Assembly (NCBI RefSeq): GCF_006345805.1
Contig: NC_043002.1
Location: forward strand, 99,758,001 to 99,822,000
DNA length: 64,000 nucleotides
Reading direction: 5' to 3'
Source of the DNA: Octopus sinensis
Taxonomy: Eukaryota
Shown here: one piece after another, positions 26,265 through 38,520 of the stretch
How positions within the stretch are numbered: the stretch's first letter is position 1
Layout of the letters: each line of letters begins with the position of its first letter
Notes under the pieces: generated by a model
Databases searched by the model: none
Told to the model about the DNA's origin: nothing
What the model saw: only the letters and a program-made list of their open reading frames with translations
Translations under genes and position numbers: made by a program

Positions 26265-26507
26265 ATGTTTATATATATTTATATATCCATATATATATAT
26301 ATGTATGTATATATATATATATATATCATTATATATTTATATATCCATATATATATGTATATATATATTCATATATTTATATATTTATATATCCATATAT
26401 ATATGTATATATATATTCATATATATTTATATATCTATATATATATGTATGTATATATATATATATTCATATATATTTATATATCCGTATATATATATAT
26501 ATATTAT

Positions 26508-26560
<53 letters not shown>

Positions 26561-26600
26561 GTATATACATATATATATATGGATATATATATATATAATA

Positions 26601-26638
<38 letters not shown>

Positions 26639-26640
26639 GA
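26265..26640. repeat. (TA)n-derived array with higher-order ~40-60-bp periodicity
   Basis: TTTATATATCC / GTAT / TTCAT landmarks recur about 5 times. Confidence 0.85.
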
Positions 26641-27675
26641 ATATGCATATATGAGAATATTCGTGGCTGTGTTTGTATATATGCGAAATTCGTGACTCAT
26701 AGCTTGAGAGCTTCGTGAAAGTACTCTCTGACCTTCAGTCACTGATGCATCTTCTCAGTTATAAGAACTGAAGCATCCTGGTATATATATATATAGATAT
26801 ATATATATATATATATTTCTCGGGGTTTTGTAAAGAGTCCTTTTCAGGTTTCTTATGTTTTCATGTGTAGATACAAGTGTGTGTGTAAGTCTGTGTGTAT
26901 GTGTGCGTGTGTGTGTGTATGTGTGCATGTGGCTTCTGATATCTATTTTTGTTTTTCAAGAATTCACTCTTGAATTATTCAGCTGCTGTAACCGTCATCC
27001 TTGCTGTTTTCTTATTACACACTTTTACAACTTAACCTGTTTAGTGTACAGTGCGTTGTAGTGAATTTTATTCCATTGCATTATAAATCACCACATGTTA
27101 GGTTTGCATATTATGCCTTACTCGTGAGACAGGGAGAGAAATAAGCAGCCGCCCATAAACAGCTATGAATTATGATGTGAATTCAAACTTGTAGAAAATT
27201 ACAGTATCGACAGATAAATATGTGGCCGGATAAATCAATAAATACATTTTAGAAAATCAATAGACCGCTTCAGATCAATACTAAGATAAATATCTCTGTA
27301 TTTTAAACGTAAATGAGATATATGAATAATACGCACGCACATACATACTTACACAAACATACCTACACACACACATACGCGCAAACGTTCATAAGCACAC
27401 ACACACACTCACAAACACGCACAGACACACACACACTCATATTAGTGATATGAATAAATATTTCGTAAATACAATGTGAGCAGTCTCTACTCGAGACGAG
27501 CGAAGGACTTCTTGAAATGGATTCAATTCAATGGATTTCAGTATAATGTTATGTACAATGAGTAGCTTGTCACATAGAATATAAATTTAAATATAAACGT
27601 TGATTTTCTATACTTATTTCAATGTATACATCTTGATATATTATTTACGTGTCATTCAGTTTTTGGCATGATTAT

Positions 27676-27760
<85 letters not shown>

Positions 27761-28324
27761 TTTAAATATACACTCACACACACACACATACACAACATAT
27801 GTACCTATATGCGTATAAATGTACAAGGCAACTTAAATTAGAAGTTGATTATACTTAAATACCTTAAAGCCTCGAGGTAATTAAATATGAATGTAAACAT
27901 ATTCTCATTTATCTCAGAGCAAGGCTTATAGTATGGATTTACATATATTATGGTAACGGAAAGTCATAGTGATACTAATATGAAGTGGTTACAACACGAT
28001 ATACTAATCCTTTAGGTAAAACGTTAACAGAATAGAAGGCGAAATATTAATAAATGATTACAGAACGGCATTCTTAGCCTACAGCTGTTTCCGCTTAATC
28101 ACATCAATGATTGCGCAGCATCGTATAGCTTCCTCGGAGTCATTAAAGTATATTTGCATAGTACAAGTTGTTGAGATCTGTAATGTCAACATCAGTAGCT
28201 GAGATATATATCCTCAAATGCAAGGCGGATTTTACCAATTATTTTCAGGTTTTGGTTAGAATTGCGAATTTTGGGGAGATTGTCGCATTCATTCATACTG
28301 GTCTCTTACATTTTTGTATATGTG

Positions 28325-28367
<43 letters not shown>

Positions 28368-28577
28368 CAGGAAGCTTTACGAAAATAAACAAAAGACGAA
28401 GGCAGGTGGAGTACAAACAAACAATTGTATTAGTATGGCGGTCAGGAATAGAAATAAAACAAGTATTTTACGTTTCGAGTCTACGCTCTTCAACAGAAAG
28501 ATACACAGAAAAGAAACACGGAGAGAAACAAGGAGAGAAAAAAATGCGTGCAGGAGCTAACGAATCAACATGGTGGT

Positions 28578-28580
<3 letters not shown>
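28368..28580 (-). mobile_element. Second copy of the 18095-18310 pLTR-like repeat
   Basis: The reverse complement aligns along its length with 18095-18310. Confidence 0.75.
28464..28501 (-). ncRNA. Minimal type I hammerhead-like motif, A6U core variant, GUA triplet
   Basis: TCTTT-CTGTTGA-A-GAGC(GTAG)ACTC-GAAAC-GTA-AAATA. Confidence 0.45.
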
Positions 28581-28629
<49 letters not shown>

Positions 28630-28635
<6 letters not shown>

Positions 28636-28850
28636 ATTCTTTTATTCGCTTACTTTCATTTCACTCATTTGACTGTGGCCATGCTGGATCACAGAATTTA
28701 GTCGAACAAATCGACCCCAGGACTAATTCTTTTTAAGCCTAGTACTATCGATGTCTTTTGTCGAACCGCTAATTTACGGCGTCGTAAACACACCGACATC
28801 GGTTCTCAAGCAATGATAGGGTGGGGGACAAACATAGATACACAAACACA
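28630..28850 (-). mobile_element. SINE family A 3' module
   Basis: TTTGACTGTGGCCATGCTGGA, ATCGACCCCAGGACT, GTCGAACCGCTAA. Confidence 0.75.
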
Positions 28851-28855
28851 CACAC

Positions 28856-28890
<35 letters not shown>

Positions 28891-28902
28891 CAGATATATA
28901 TG

Positions 28903-28951
<49 letters not shown>

Positions 28952-28981
28952 TATATATATATATATATCTATATATATATA

Positions 28982-29016
<35 letters not shown>

Positions 29017-29329
29017 AGAAATAATTAAGATTCAGTTGAATTACGTACTTAAGTTGAGGCATCAAGGCAGTCCGGTATTATCCGCACACCCCGAAGGAAG
29101 GAAGGTGAAAAAAAAAAACAATAACAAGAATGTCAAGGTATCAGTGCTTTACAGCAGTTTCGTGTGACTCCATTTAAATGAACAATGCAAGCATTACATC
29201 AATTTAAATGTTACCGTCATCTTCGAATTCATAATTTAAGTCATTATAATTTTTAGCAAATATTTCACCAGAACTAGAGAATGAAAGACTTTCATGCTGC
29301 TAATATTGCATCAGAATCGACTTAGAAAA

Positions 29330-30000
29330 TACCCCAACTATAATTCGGAGGGCAGAAAAGAATAACAATAGGGGTCATGAGATGGTAACATACCTATAAT
29401 ATTTATCTATCTCCTTATCATTTTGAAGAGATAAAAATATACCAAAAGTATAGCAAAATTTATATATTATTATATTTTATATAATGAAAGGGAACATCTT
29501 AAACATTTAGGAAGGGATATAAGGAAAAAGTAAGATAAGAAGGATATATAAATCAATATATGACCAAAAAACAATACTTCATTCTAACAAAAAACATTCT
29601 AACAAAAAACAATACTTCATTCTAACTTCATTCTAACAAACTTTAAGGTGGTCATGATCAAAACATTCAAACAATGAATCCATATCATCTTCAGAATTCA
29701 CCCGAGAAGAGGTACACATTTTCTATTGAATGAAAAATAGGGATCAAAGGCAAAAAATGAGATAATTGGTTCTAAAACCCATAAACTTATTTCAACATTA
29801 TAAAATCTAAAAGGATGTAAGGATATAGAACGATATAAAATTAATGGCATATATATATATATTATATATACACACACACAATATATCATATATATTGAAT
29901 AATTTCTACCACCAAGTTTAATGTATAACATTTGTTTCCAAAATATTTAAACGTCTTAAATATCTTGTGCATACGGTTAGATGCCTCAATTATATTATTG
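29330..30000 (-). mobile_element. Possible degraded PLE 3' end
   Basis: Minus frame LRRLNILETNVIH resembles the PLE GIY-YIG C-terminus; terminus ATAGGGGTCATGAG resembles 25501-25515. Confidence 0.4.
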
Positions 30001-30374
30001 ACTTGAGAGCTGCACGTAGATTATCTTCATCCAGTCAACTTCCATTAGACTGGTAAAGTTTAGTGGTCTACTTTGTAGTATCAATAGCTATGGTTCACTG
30101 CGGAAATGTAGGCGAATGTGTGATACAACCATTGTATCAACCATTGTGATACAACCATTGTGGTTGTATGGAAGCTTTGTTTTGGATATTCCAGGTTCAA
30201 CTGTATCCTTAATCTTAATAGATCACCGGTGTGACACTTTTTCGAAATTTGTACGAAGTTTAAGGGAAACTCTGTGGTTAATCATTCGATAACAACTGGA
30301 ACAGGTACGAGGGGAAAATAATTATATAAAGCTCTGATTATAATTTCTCATCTGTATATATATATCACGTGATC

Positions 30375-30670
30375 ACGTGACCGACCAGGCTATCAGATGT
30401 TGCTACACATCGCTGGTCACAATGCGTTCGCATTGTTTTAGCCTTAGAACGACGCCACCCCGCTGGCTAAGCGAGCAGGCCAACAGAAGAAAGAGTGAGA
30501 GAAAGAGTGGTGAAAGAGTACAGCAGGGATCACCACCCCCTGCCGGAGCCTCGTGGGGCTTTTAGGTGTTTTCGCTCAAGAAACACACACAACGCTCGGT
30601 CTGGGAATCGAAACCGCGATCCTCCAACGCTAGTCCGCTGCCCTAACCACTGGGCCATTGCGCCTCCACA
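30375..30670 (-). mobile_element. tRNA-derived SINE, family C head with a different 3' part
   Basis: Head GGAGGCGCAATGGCCCAGTGGTTAGGGCAG...GGTTTCGATTCCCAGACC is shared with 33383-33774. Confidence 0.85.
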
Positions 30671-30861
30671 TGTATATATATATGTATCCTAAAACGGTAG
30701 GAACATCGAACAGCCATCTTGATCAAACGATTACCTATACTTATTGAGACTTTCCAACTGGCAATTTTGTTGCAAATCAGTGACCGATGGTCAATTTGTT
30801 TACTATATATTGTTAGCTGGAGTAGACTCTGATCATCCCTCTCCCGGCCGGTTGTTCGCAA

Positions 30862-30899
30862 CTGACGACGGGCACAAATAACTCGAAACCGACTCGGTC
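30862..30899 (+). ncRNA. Partial hammerhead-like core (helix I not formed)
   Basis: CTGACGA-C-GGG...CTC-GAA-ACCGA-C-TCGGT-C. Confidence 0.3.
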
Positions 30900-31294
30900 C
30901 CGCCATCCCTTCGTCTGGTAGGAGTTCGATCCCTTGCTTGCAATATACACAGGGTTCAGGCTGCACCTATAGCCAGCTAACAGAAGATCTGCTTGGGGTT
31001 GAAACGGTTGTATAGTAAGAAGTTTGCTTCTCAATCTCATGAATCGAGGTCCAGTCCCATTGCGTCGCACTATACTCAAGTGCCTTCTCTCTATTTGTTC
31101 CTCACCTAAATAATTGGTGTTGATTTGTCCAAGTCTCCATAGCGTAAGGGTTTGGCAAAAAACCCACACAAAATAAGAAACAATATTTTAAATAATAAGT
31201 CGATTATTCGACTACAAACCCTTCAATGTGGCACGTCAGCATGTCCGCAGTCCAAGGACCGAACCGGGTTAAAAATGCGAAAGGTAAATATGTA

Positions 31295-31352
<58 letters not shown>

Positions 31353-31439
31353 ATTATATAATATATATATATATTATATACACACACATACTTACTCATA
31401 CACACAGACACACACACACATATCTTCTAATTCATATCC

Positions 31440-31487
<48 letters not shown>

Positions 31488-31568
31488 ATAATAAATATTA
31501 GGAATAAATCCAAATTTACAGGGAAAAAATCAGATTTAGGATTAAATCCAATTTTATAGTAAAATATT

Positions 31569-31727
31569 ATATAATATTAATTAGAGACAAAACCACTATT
31601 TTGCAAAACAAACAAGGAAAGACTTAATCAATACATAAAATTTAATACTTTTATTTAAATTTTATGTATTGATAAGTCTTTCCTGTTTGTTTTGCAAAAT
31701 AGTGGTTTGTCTCTAATTAATATTATA
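31569..31727. repeat. Near-perfect palindrome (~76-bp arms, 9-nt loop)
   Basis: 31569-31645 matches the reverse complement of 31655-31727; the differences are only homopolymer-length indels. Confidence 0.9.
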
Positions 31728-31754
31728 TATATATATATATATAATATTATATTA

Positions 31755-31830
<76 letters not shown>

Positions 31831-33382
31831 ATATATATATAATATATATATATCTTATGTAAGTTTGTACATATATTTATTTGTATGTATGTATTTATCT
31901 ATACGAAAGCATATACAATGATACAGTGATTGAGACGCATGGACACATATAAAGTGCACTTATATCATGTCAGATTTTCAGATAAATACGTAATTGTATA
32001 TATGAAATAATATACATCCATCCAGTATACCTGGGTAATGTGTCATACACACTAGCTGTTTCCATCAAATCGTTTTTCTTCTGTCAAGCACTAAATCAAT
32101 TGACGATGTGCTTAAAATACACGAATTTACCGAAAATCGTATGTTTCTACATAATATGGTAGTTGCTGATCAACCGGTTCACGTTAGCAAGACTATTACA
32201 TTTTCACGGTAGACAACGAGACTTTATTACGATAAACGTTTGATACTAGAGATGAAATGTCCAATCACTCATGAAGTAAATGGTTACAATCTCGGAATCG
32301 AATACAAACTAGCATTGATTCAATAATAATGGAATGATAGATATATTTTGACAAATATAAAAAACACTTTGAATACATCAATTTATAATTCCCCCAAGCC
32401 ATACAGAAGATGTCCAATTAATAGTTTTTCCCAAATAGTTAAAAACTTGAATATAATATTTGTTTTTTTTAGAATACTTTGCATTAACTACAATGTTCCT
32501 CCAATCATACATTAATTATTAAACTTCCTCTGGCTCTTTATCGTAAGTTACTTTACCATGCATTCTTTGAAAGAGTCCTTTAATAAAAGATCTTTCTGTT
32601 GGAAATAATTATTTCGCGAGGGCTTTCCGTAAAGCTACACATGCTGTCAATTTTAAAAGTAAGTCTAAAACATCGTCTTATTCCACACCTTACTACATAA
32701 CATAACTGACAAGTACAATAGAAATCACTTCATATATGAACCTTGTAAGTTATCATATTATATGCTGAGGTGCAATTTTAACTATTTATCTTACGTACCG
32801 TATTTGTAGCTCGAATATATTTCTTAAATTTAGCGTTAACTACAAAATACCTTGTTAACTGTCCAAATTTCTTCCCGTCTTCATTTAATAAGGGAATTTA
32901 TGCGTCATATTTTCAAATATTTCGCTACAACTCTATTTGGAAGTATTTCCTTTTGCTCGAAATTGTGCTTCGAAGAAATATCCAGCAGTTGGATACTTCA
33001 AACAGAAATTTGTGCCGATACGAATAGTCGTTAAAGCCTCTCTCTCTCTCCTCTCTCTCTCCCCTCTCTCTCTCTCTCTCTCTGACACACACACATGCAC
33101 ACACACACAAACACATATGATGGGTTGTTTACACAAATATTTGAAATAGGCCTCAGCACACAGTGAGTGATTGACAGACCGACACTGAATGATTGTCTGA
33201 ACAGGATGGAGAAATTCCAGTTTATGAAGAAATGAACATGAGGAGAAAATATGACACAGCAAGTATGATAATAGGTCTTGTTATATTTGAGACTTTCAAC
33301 GAAATCCCGAAAAAGAAGACGTAGAAAAAAGACGAAATCAGACTCTTGGTTCATAACCGTTTACATACTACAATTTTGTATA

Positions 33383-33774
33383 GATAGATAGATAGATAGA
33401 AGCACTCCGTCGGTTACGACGACGAGGGTTCCGGTTGATCCGAATCAACGGAACAGCCTGCTCGTGAAATTAACCTGTAAGTGGCTGAGCACTCCACAGA
33501 CACGTGTACCATTAACGTAGTTCTCGGGATATTCAGCGTGACACAGAGAGTGACATGGCCGGCCCTTTGAAATACAGGTACAACAGAAACAGGAAGTAAG
33601 AGAAAGTTGTGGTGAAAGAGTACAGCAGGGATCACCACCATCCCCTGCCGGAACCTCGTGGAGCTTCAGGTGTTTTCGCTCAATAAACACTCACAACGCC
33701 CGGTCTGGGAATCGAAACCGCGATCCTATGACCGCGAGTCCGCTGCCCTAACCACTGGGCCATTGCGCCTCCAC
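33383..33774 (-). mobile_element. tRNA-derived SINE, family C, full length, (TATC)n tail, 13-bp TSD
   Basis: A-box TGGCCCAGTGGTTAGG and B-box GGTTTCGATTCCC; ACAATTTTGTATA at 33370-33382 and 33775-33787. Confidence 0.92.
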
Positions 33775-34718
33775 ACAATTTTGTATATTATTCTTATTGT
33801 AGGGAAGACACCATTGGAAAACGGTTGACGATATTAGAAGATTTTATTAACACATACAATTTAATTAATTCTATAACTCAGAAGTACAGTCGACTAAGAG
33901 CACCTACTAGGTTAACCTAAAGGGATAAAATTTGTTTATGAGTCATGAACAATACTAAATTCAGGTGCACGCTAACGAAGGTTGAAAAAGGAGGACTTTC
34001 GGGGCTAATTCAGTGAGAAATTGGACAGGTGTTTAAGCAAAACAGCTACTGAATAGGTAGCATTAACAGCAAGAATCGATTTTTAAGTACATCCAAGTTC
34101 AGGTTGCAAATCGTGGAGGGTGAATTGAGTTGAAACTGTGAGATGCACAAAGCGATTCTTAGCTCTCCTGGTGAGCCACTTGATTCACAAGTTATTCTTG
34201 TTTACAATCCGTATGCGAGTAACAAACCATGGAATATATCGTCTTTTAAAGCTAATAGTAGTATGATACTGATTAACGTTAAAACACAAAAGTATAAAGT
34301 TCTTGTACGGTATTATTCTTTTACAAAATTAATCAAAAACATAAACGTAATAGGTAAAATTAATATAATTTATAACATTTTGTATCTTACAATACGCTCT
34401 GTTTGGATTATTTCTGTATTTTTCCATATCGTTTAGTTTGTCTTGTGTGTTACTTTTGATCGTAATTATTTATACCGACGTCAGAAAAGCTTCGGAAAAC
34501 AGTTTTAAACGATAAACAAACAGACATCCAAAGCGTATCCTTATTTATACTTGATGAATGTCAATGATCAAACAAATTTAAAATAATGTTTTTCAATAAA
34601 CAAATTAGTGGTTGACTGACTTCATGTCTGTATACATACATACTTACATACAGACATACATTCTCTCTTTCTTTCTAGCCTCACACATACGCTCACAGAC
34701 ACACACACACACACACAC

Positions 34719-34752
<34 letters not shown>

Positions 34753-34779
34753 CACATCTTCATAATTGTTTCCTACTCT

Positions 34780-35600
34780 GGATAAAATGTGTAGATACTT
34801 TTAAACAATTTGCATCTAACTTACAAAGATGAGCGCTACAATGTTACCATTTCTTGGACATATTATATCAACATAATTACTGATATATATTGTAGAGATA
34901 CAGATACACATCAGTACCTAGCTTTAAATCATGCTAAGACATACGGAATAGATTATCCCAAACTGCTTAACCGGATAAATTTGTACTATTGTTCATGATG
35001 GAGATACCAAAGAGAAATGTCTCAGAGAACCCAAAGGATATCTATTCAAAGAAAAAAATCCAACCACACAAAAGTATCCATACCTGCGTAGTACCTATTG
35101 GAAATCGTAAAGAAATCCAAGAAATGAGGACGCTAGAACACTGCATCTTATCATTTGTAGTGATACATCCCATGTCACAAAAATGCCTTTAACTACGCCA
35201 TATCAAATTTCCTTATTATCCTTAACATGAAAGTAATGAACTAAACGATATAATTACTGAACGAAGAATTGTTCAAAGTAAGACGCAACTTAAAGCCTTG
35301 AAGCAGTTCCTGACAAAGGCAAAGTATAACATAAACAGCAATGATAAAACAATCATAGTATCCAAATGCAATGGCAGTTGATGTGATGCATATCAGTTTA
35401 TACACAAGCGGCAGTATATCAATACAAAAATCGGGAGTATATTTCCAGATTCAAATATGAAGCGAAAGAACAGAAATCTGATCTGCTGCATCAAACGTCC
35501 GCACTGCATCAAACGCCCTGTATTTGACCAGACAGGGAACTCATAATGGAACTCTAGCGAGTACACTATCAACCTTTTACGAAAACTAATGTTCGTCAGG
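34780..35600 (+). mobile_element. Penelope-like element remnant (RT C-terminus and GIY-YIG region)
   Basis: LPFLDI, ITDIYCRDTDTHQYL, TIVHDGDTKEKCLRE, CNGS*CDAYQFI, RNLICCIKRPHC; multiple frameshifts and stops. Confidence 0.75.
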
Positions 35601-35707
35601 TCCCATTATCAAAATATTTAACAAGATTTGGTCACAAATTGTTTAACATTACTTCGTATAAACTGTATATTATACATAGAGACAGAGAGAGTGTAGAGGG
35701 AAAGAGT

Positions 35708-36662
35708 AAAGTTTATTTTCCAACAAAGTGGCAGTCCTGCTTAAAACGTTGTCACTGCCTTTTTTAGCCTCAGGAAAGCATCTTTTCCAGTTAGCTATCG
35801 ACGCACAACTGCGTACTTATACTCGAACAAGAGGCCTAATGTACCCACTCGGCCTTAAACGGTACCTGTGGGCCAATCGTTTCTGGGTTATTTCACTTAA
35901 TCTGTACAAGATAAACGTTGGTTAGAGATGGCAGCACTAGGCCTTGTTCGAGGTATATACTTTTAAATTGACGCACTCACTAATCTCGCAAAGAGAAAAC
36001 AATTTATTTTTAAATCTGTGAGCGAAAAATAAGTAGAAACAATGCTGCATAGTAAAGTCTATTTGCCAACGTAAAGTGGAAGTCGTGATTAGGACGGTGT
36101 TACTACCTTTTTTAGTCACAGGAATCTTTCCACCTGACAATCGACGCACAACTGCATCCTTATACCTCGAAGAATGGAGCTAATGTCCCCACTCAGCCTC
36201 AAACTGTGCCTGGAAACCAATGGTTTATCTGTTACTTTCCGTCATCGGCACAGGGTAACCGCTGGTTAGAAACGACAACACTTGGCCTTGCTCGAGGTAT
36301 ATACTTTAAAGTGACACACAGTCACTGATCTCATAGCGAGAAAAACAACTATATAATTCGTGCAAGTCCTAGTGCTGCCATCTCTAGCCAACTGTTATCC
36401 TGTGCCGAAGAAGGGAAATAACCCAAAAACCATTAGTCCGCAGGTACCGTTTAAGGCTGAGTGGGGACATTAGCTCCCTTGCCGAGGTATAAGAACGCAG
36501 TCGTGGGTCGATAGTCAGCTGGAAAACATGTTTCCTGTGGCTAAAAAGGTACTAACACCGTCCTAATCAGGACTGCCGTTGTACGTTGGCAAATAGACTT
36601 TACTTTTTAGTACTGAAACCACTTATTTCGTGCTCAGAGTTTTAAAACTAATTGCTTTTCTC
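35708..36662. repeat. ~346-bp unit: two tandem direct copies followed by one inverted copy
   Basis: AAAGT(T/C)TATTT starts at 35708 and 36054; 36355-36662 is the reverse complement; shared landmarks include CTAATGT.CCCACTC.GCCT.AAAC and GGCCTTG.TCGAGGTATATAC. Confidence 0.85.
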
Positions 36663-36689
36663 ATATATATATATATACATATATACATT

Positions 36690-38520
36690 GCGCTTTGATC
36701 CTCTGGTCGCGATAACTGAAGACGAGTCGGTGACCTTCTTATCTCTTCCTTCAGTCGCTACACAAAAACAGCCAAAGATGTTGAATGTCTCATATTGACT
36801 CTCTTGAAGCTGGCGACATGGTGGAGATAGATATTTTTAAATGATACAGGCATATGTGCAATATAAACTTACGCCCCTACCCTTGTGCGCACGGTACATT
36901 TATATACAAGAGTTGTACTCATCCAGAAGTTCATCAATGGGCATTTTGATTTTTCTCTGCATGAGCATTTATCATATTTATTTGTATATACGGTAGTTCC
37001 GACTTCATTTCCCGACGTTGTTACCGTGTTAGCTATATCATAAGCATTTCTTATTTCTTTATTGCCCACGAGGGGCTAAACATAGAGGAGACAAACAAGG
37101 ACAGACATCGACCCCAGCGTGTAACTGGTACTTAATTTATCGACCCCGAAAGGATGAAAGTTAAAGTCGACCTCAGCGGAATTTGAACTCAGAACAGAAC
37201 GGCAGACGAAATACCTATTTCTTTACTACCCACAAGGGGCTAAACACAGAGGGGAGAAACAAGGACAGACAAACGGATTAAGTCGATTATATCGACCCCT
37301 GTGCGTAACTATACTTATTTAATCGATCCCGAAAGGATGAAAGGCAAAGTCGACCTCGGCGGAACTGGAACTCAGAACGTAACGGCAGACGAAATACCGC
37401 AAAGCATTTCGCCCGGCGTGCTAACGTTTCTGCCGGCTCGCCGCCTTATATCATCAGCATTTCTATTAAAATTTGGCCGTAAGTGTTGCTTTTCATTTCG
37501 GTTTACTTCTCCTTGTTGTATTTTGATACGTATGTTTGCTAGATCCAGCAGGTGGGTTATTGAACTGTTGTCGCATTTTATTATTGTATATGCGGTGCAT
37601 TAGTTGTTGTAAATTAGCAGAGTTAGTGTAGGATACCTTCACGTGTGTCAACTACAAATAGCATGATATCGATTAGATTTAGGAAAACACTTGTCCAAGG
37701 CGACAAAAAATTTTCCAGCGATCTTGATTGAAAAATGCGAACCGAGAATTGGGTTGAACCAGAGGACATTCTGATTCATATATCTGTAGTTAAGTTTCTC
37801 TTATATATTATATTTTTTCACGCGACCCAGCCCTAGCCAAAGCAGCATTAGAATAAGTCCCATGCGATTCTAAAAGTTTATTATTAGCAGATAATCTAGA
37901 AATTCTTGTACAAATATTCTTTACTAATCCCCGTATTATCGAGGGTGGATGGTTGGATGCTACGTTAATGTACTTAATTTGATCATTTGGCTTATGAAAT
38001 GGTTAAAATAATCCAGTATCAAGACAGAAGGTAGCGTCAAGAAAATTCACTCTATGATAATCTTTATCTATATTGATATTTAGTACTAATTTTTTTTTAA
38101 ATCTAAAAACGTTTTTCCTATGCCTTTCTAATTGTAATTTACTACTTCTGTCCAGAACAAATAAGGCATCATCAATATGTAGACACCCTGTCACTTCCGG
38201 AAAGGAAGATTGGATTAAGGAAAGGATATATTTACCGACTAGGTCTATGACCTGTGTAGAGTCAGTTGACCCCACTGCTATACCAAAAGTATTCTCCTTA
38301 TCTACCATCAAAATCTACTAAAGTGGCACGCGCGGCGAATATATCTATTTCGTGACGAGACAAACTGGAATTTCTCATGACATAAATCAGGGCTTTATTA
38401 TGGATGATCGGATTAGTAGTGGCATAATAGCTCTTTATATCTAGTTGCAAGTATTTACTATTCTCACCAACGAACACTGTGAAAGTGACCTTGCTTTACC
38501 AGTAAACCGCCAGGTGGAAA
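36690..38520 (-). mobile_element. Penelope-like element remnant of a second lineage (RT, linker, GIY-YIG), interrupted by a SINE dimer
   Basis: LQLDIKSYYA; FGIAVGSTDSTQVIDLVGKYILS..CLHIDDALF..VNFLDATF; PFHKPNDQIKYINVASNHPPSII; NVLWFNP; CSCREKSKCPL..LVYKCTV..*VYIA..SFKNIYLHHVASFK. Confidence 0.85.
37052..37446 (-). mobile_element. SINE family B head-to-tail dimer with a single 18-bp TSD
   Basis: tRNA-like head GGCGGCGAGCCGGCAGAAACGTTAGCACGCCGGGCG; the core GCCTTTCATCCTTTCGGG.TCGAT.AA.TAAGTA occurs twice and resembles the Meta/MESC SINE domain; TATATCAT(A/C)AGCATTTCT at 37034-37051 and 37447-37464. Confidence 0.9.

Noticed and set aside
29655-29698. Minus-strand CTGAAGATGA...TCA near a PLE-like end
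   Set aside because: No GAAA after the stem and no helix I
29570-30165. Short tandem duplications (AAAAAACAATACTTCATTCTAAC x2; GATACAACCATTGT x3); also 42541-42635
   Set aside because: Ordinary slippage duplications with no further structure
33700-33774. tRNA-like sequences in SINE heads (also 6399-6470, 7537-7600, 41076-41150)
   Set aside because: A/B boxes are present but there is no complete cloverleaf and they continue into SINE bodies; not tRNA genes
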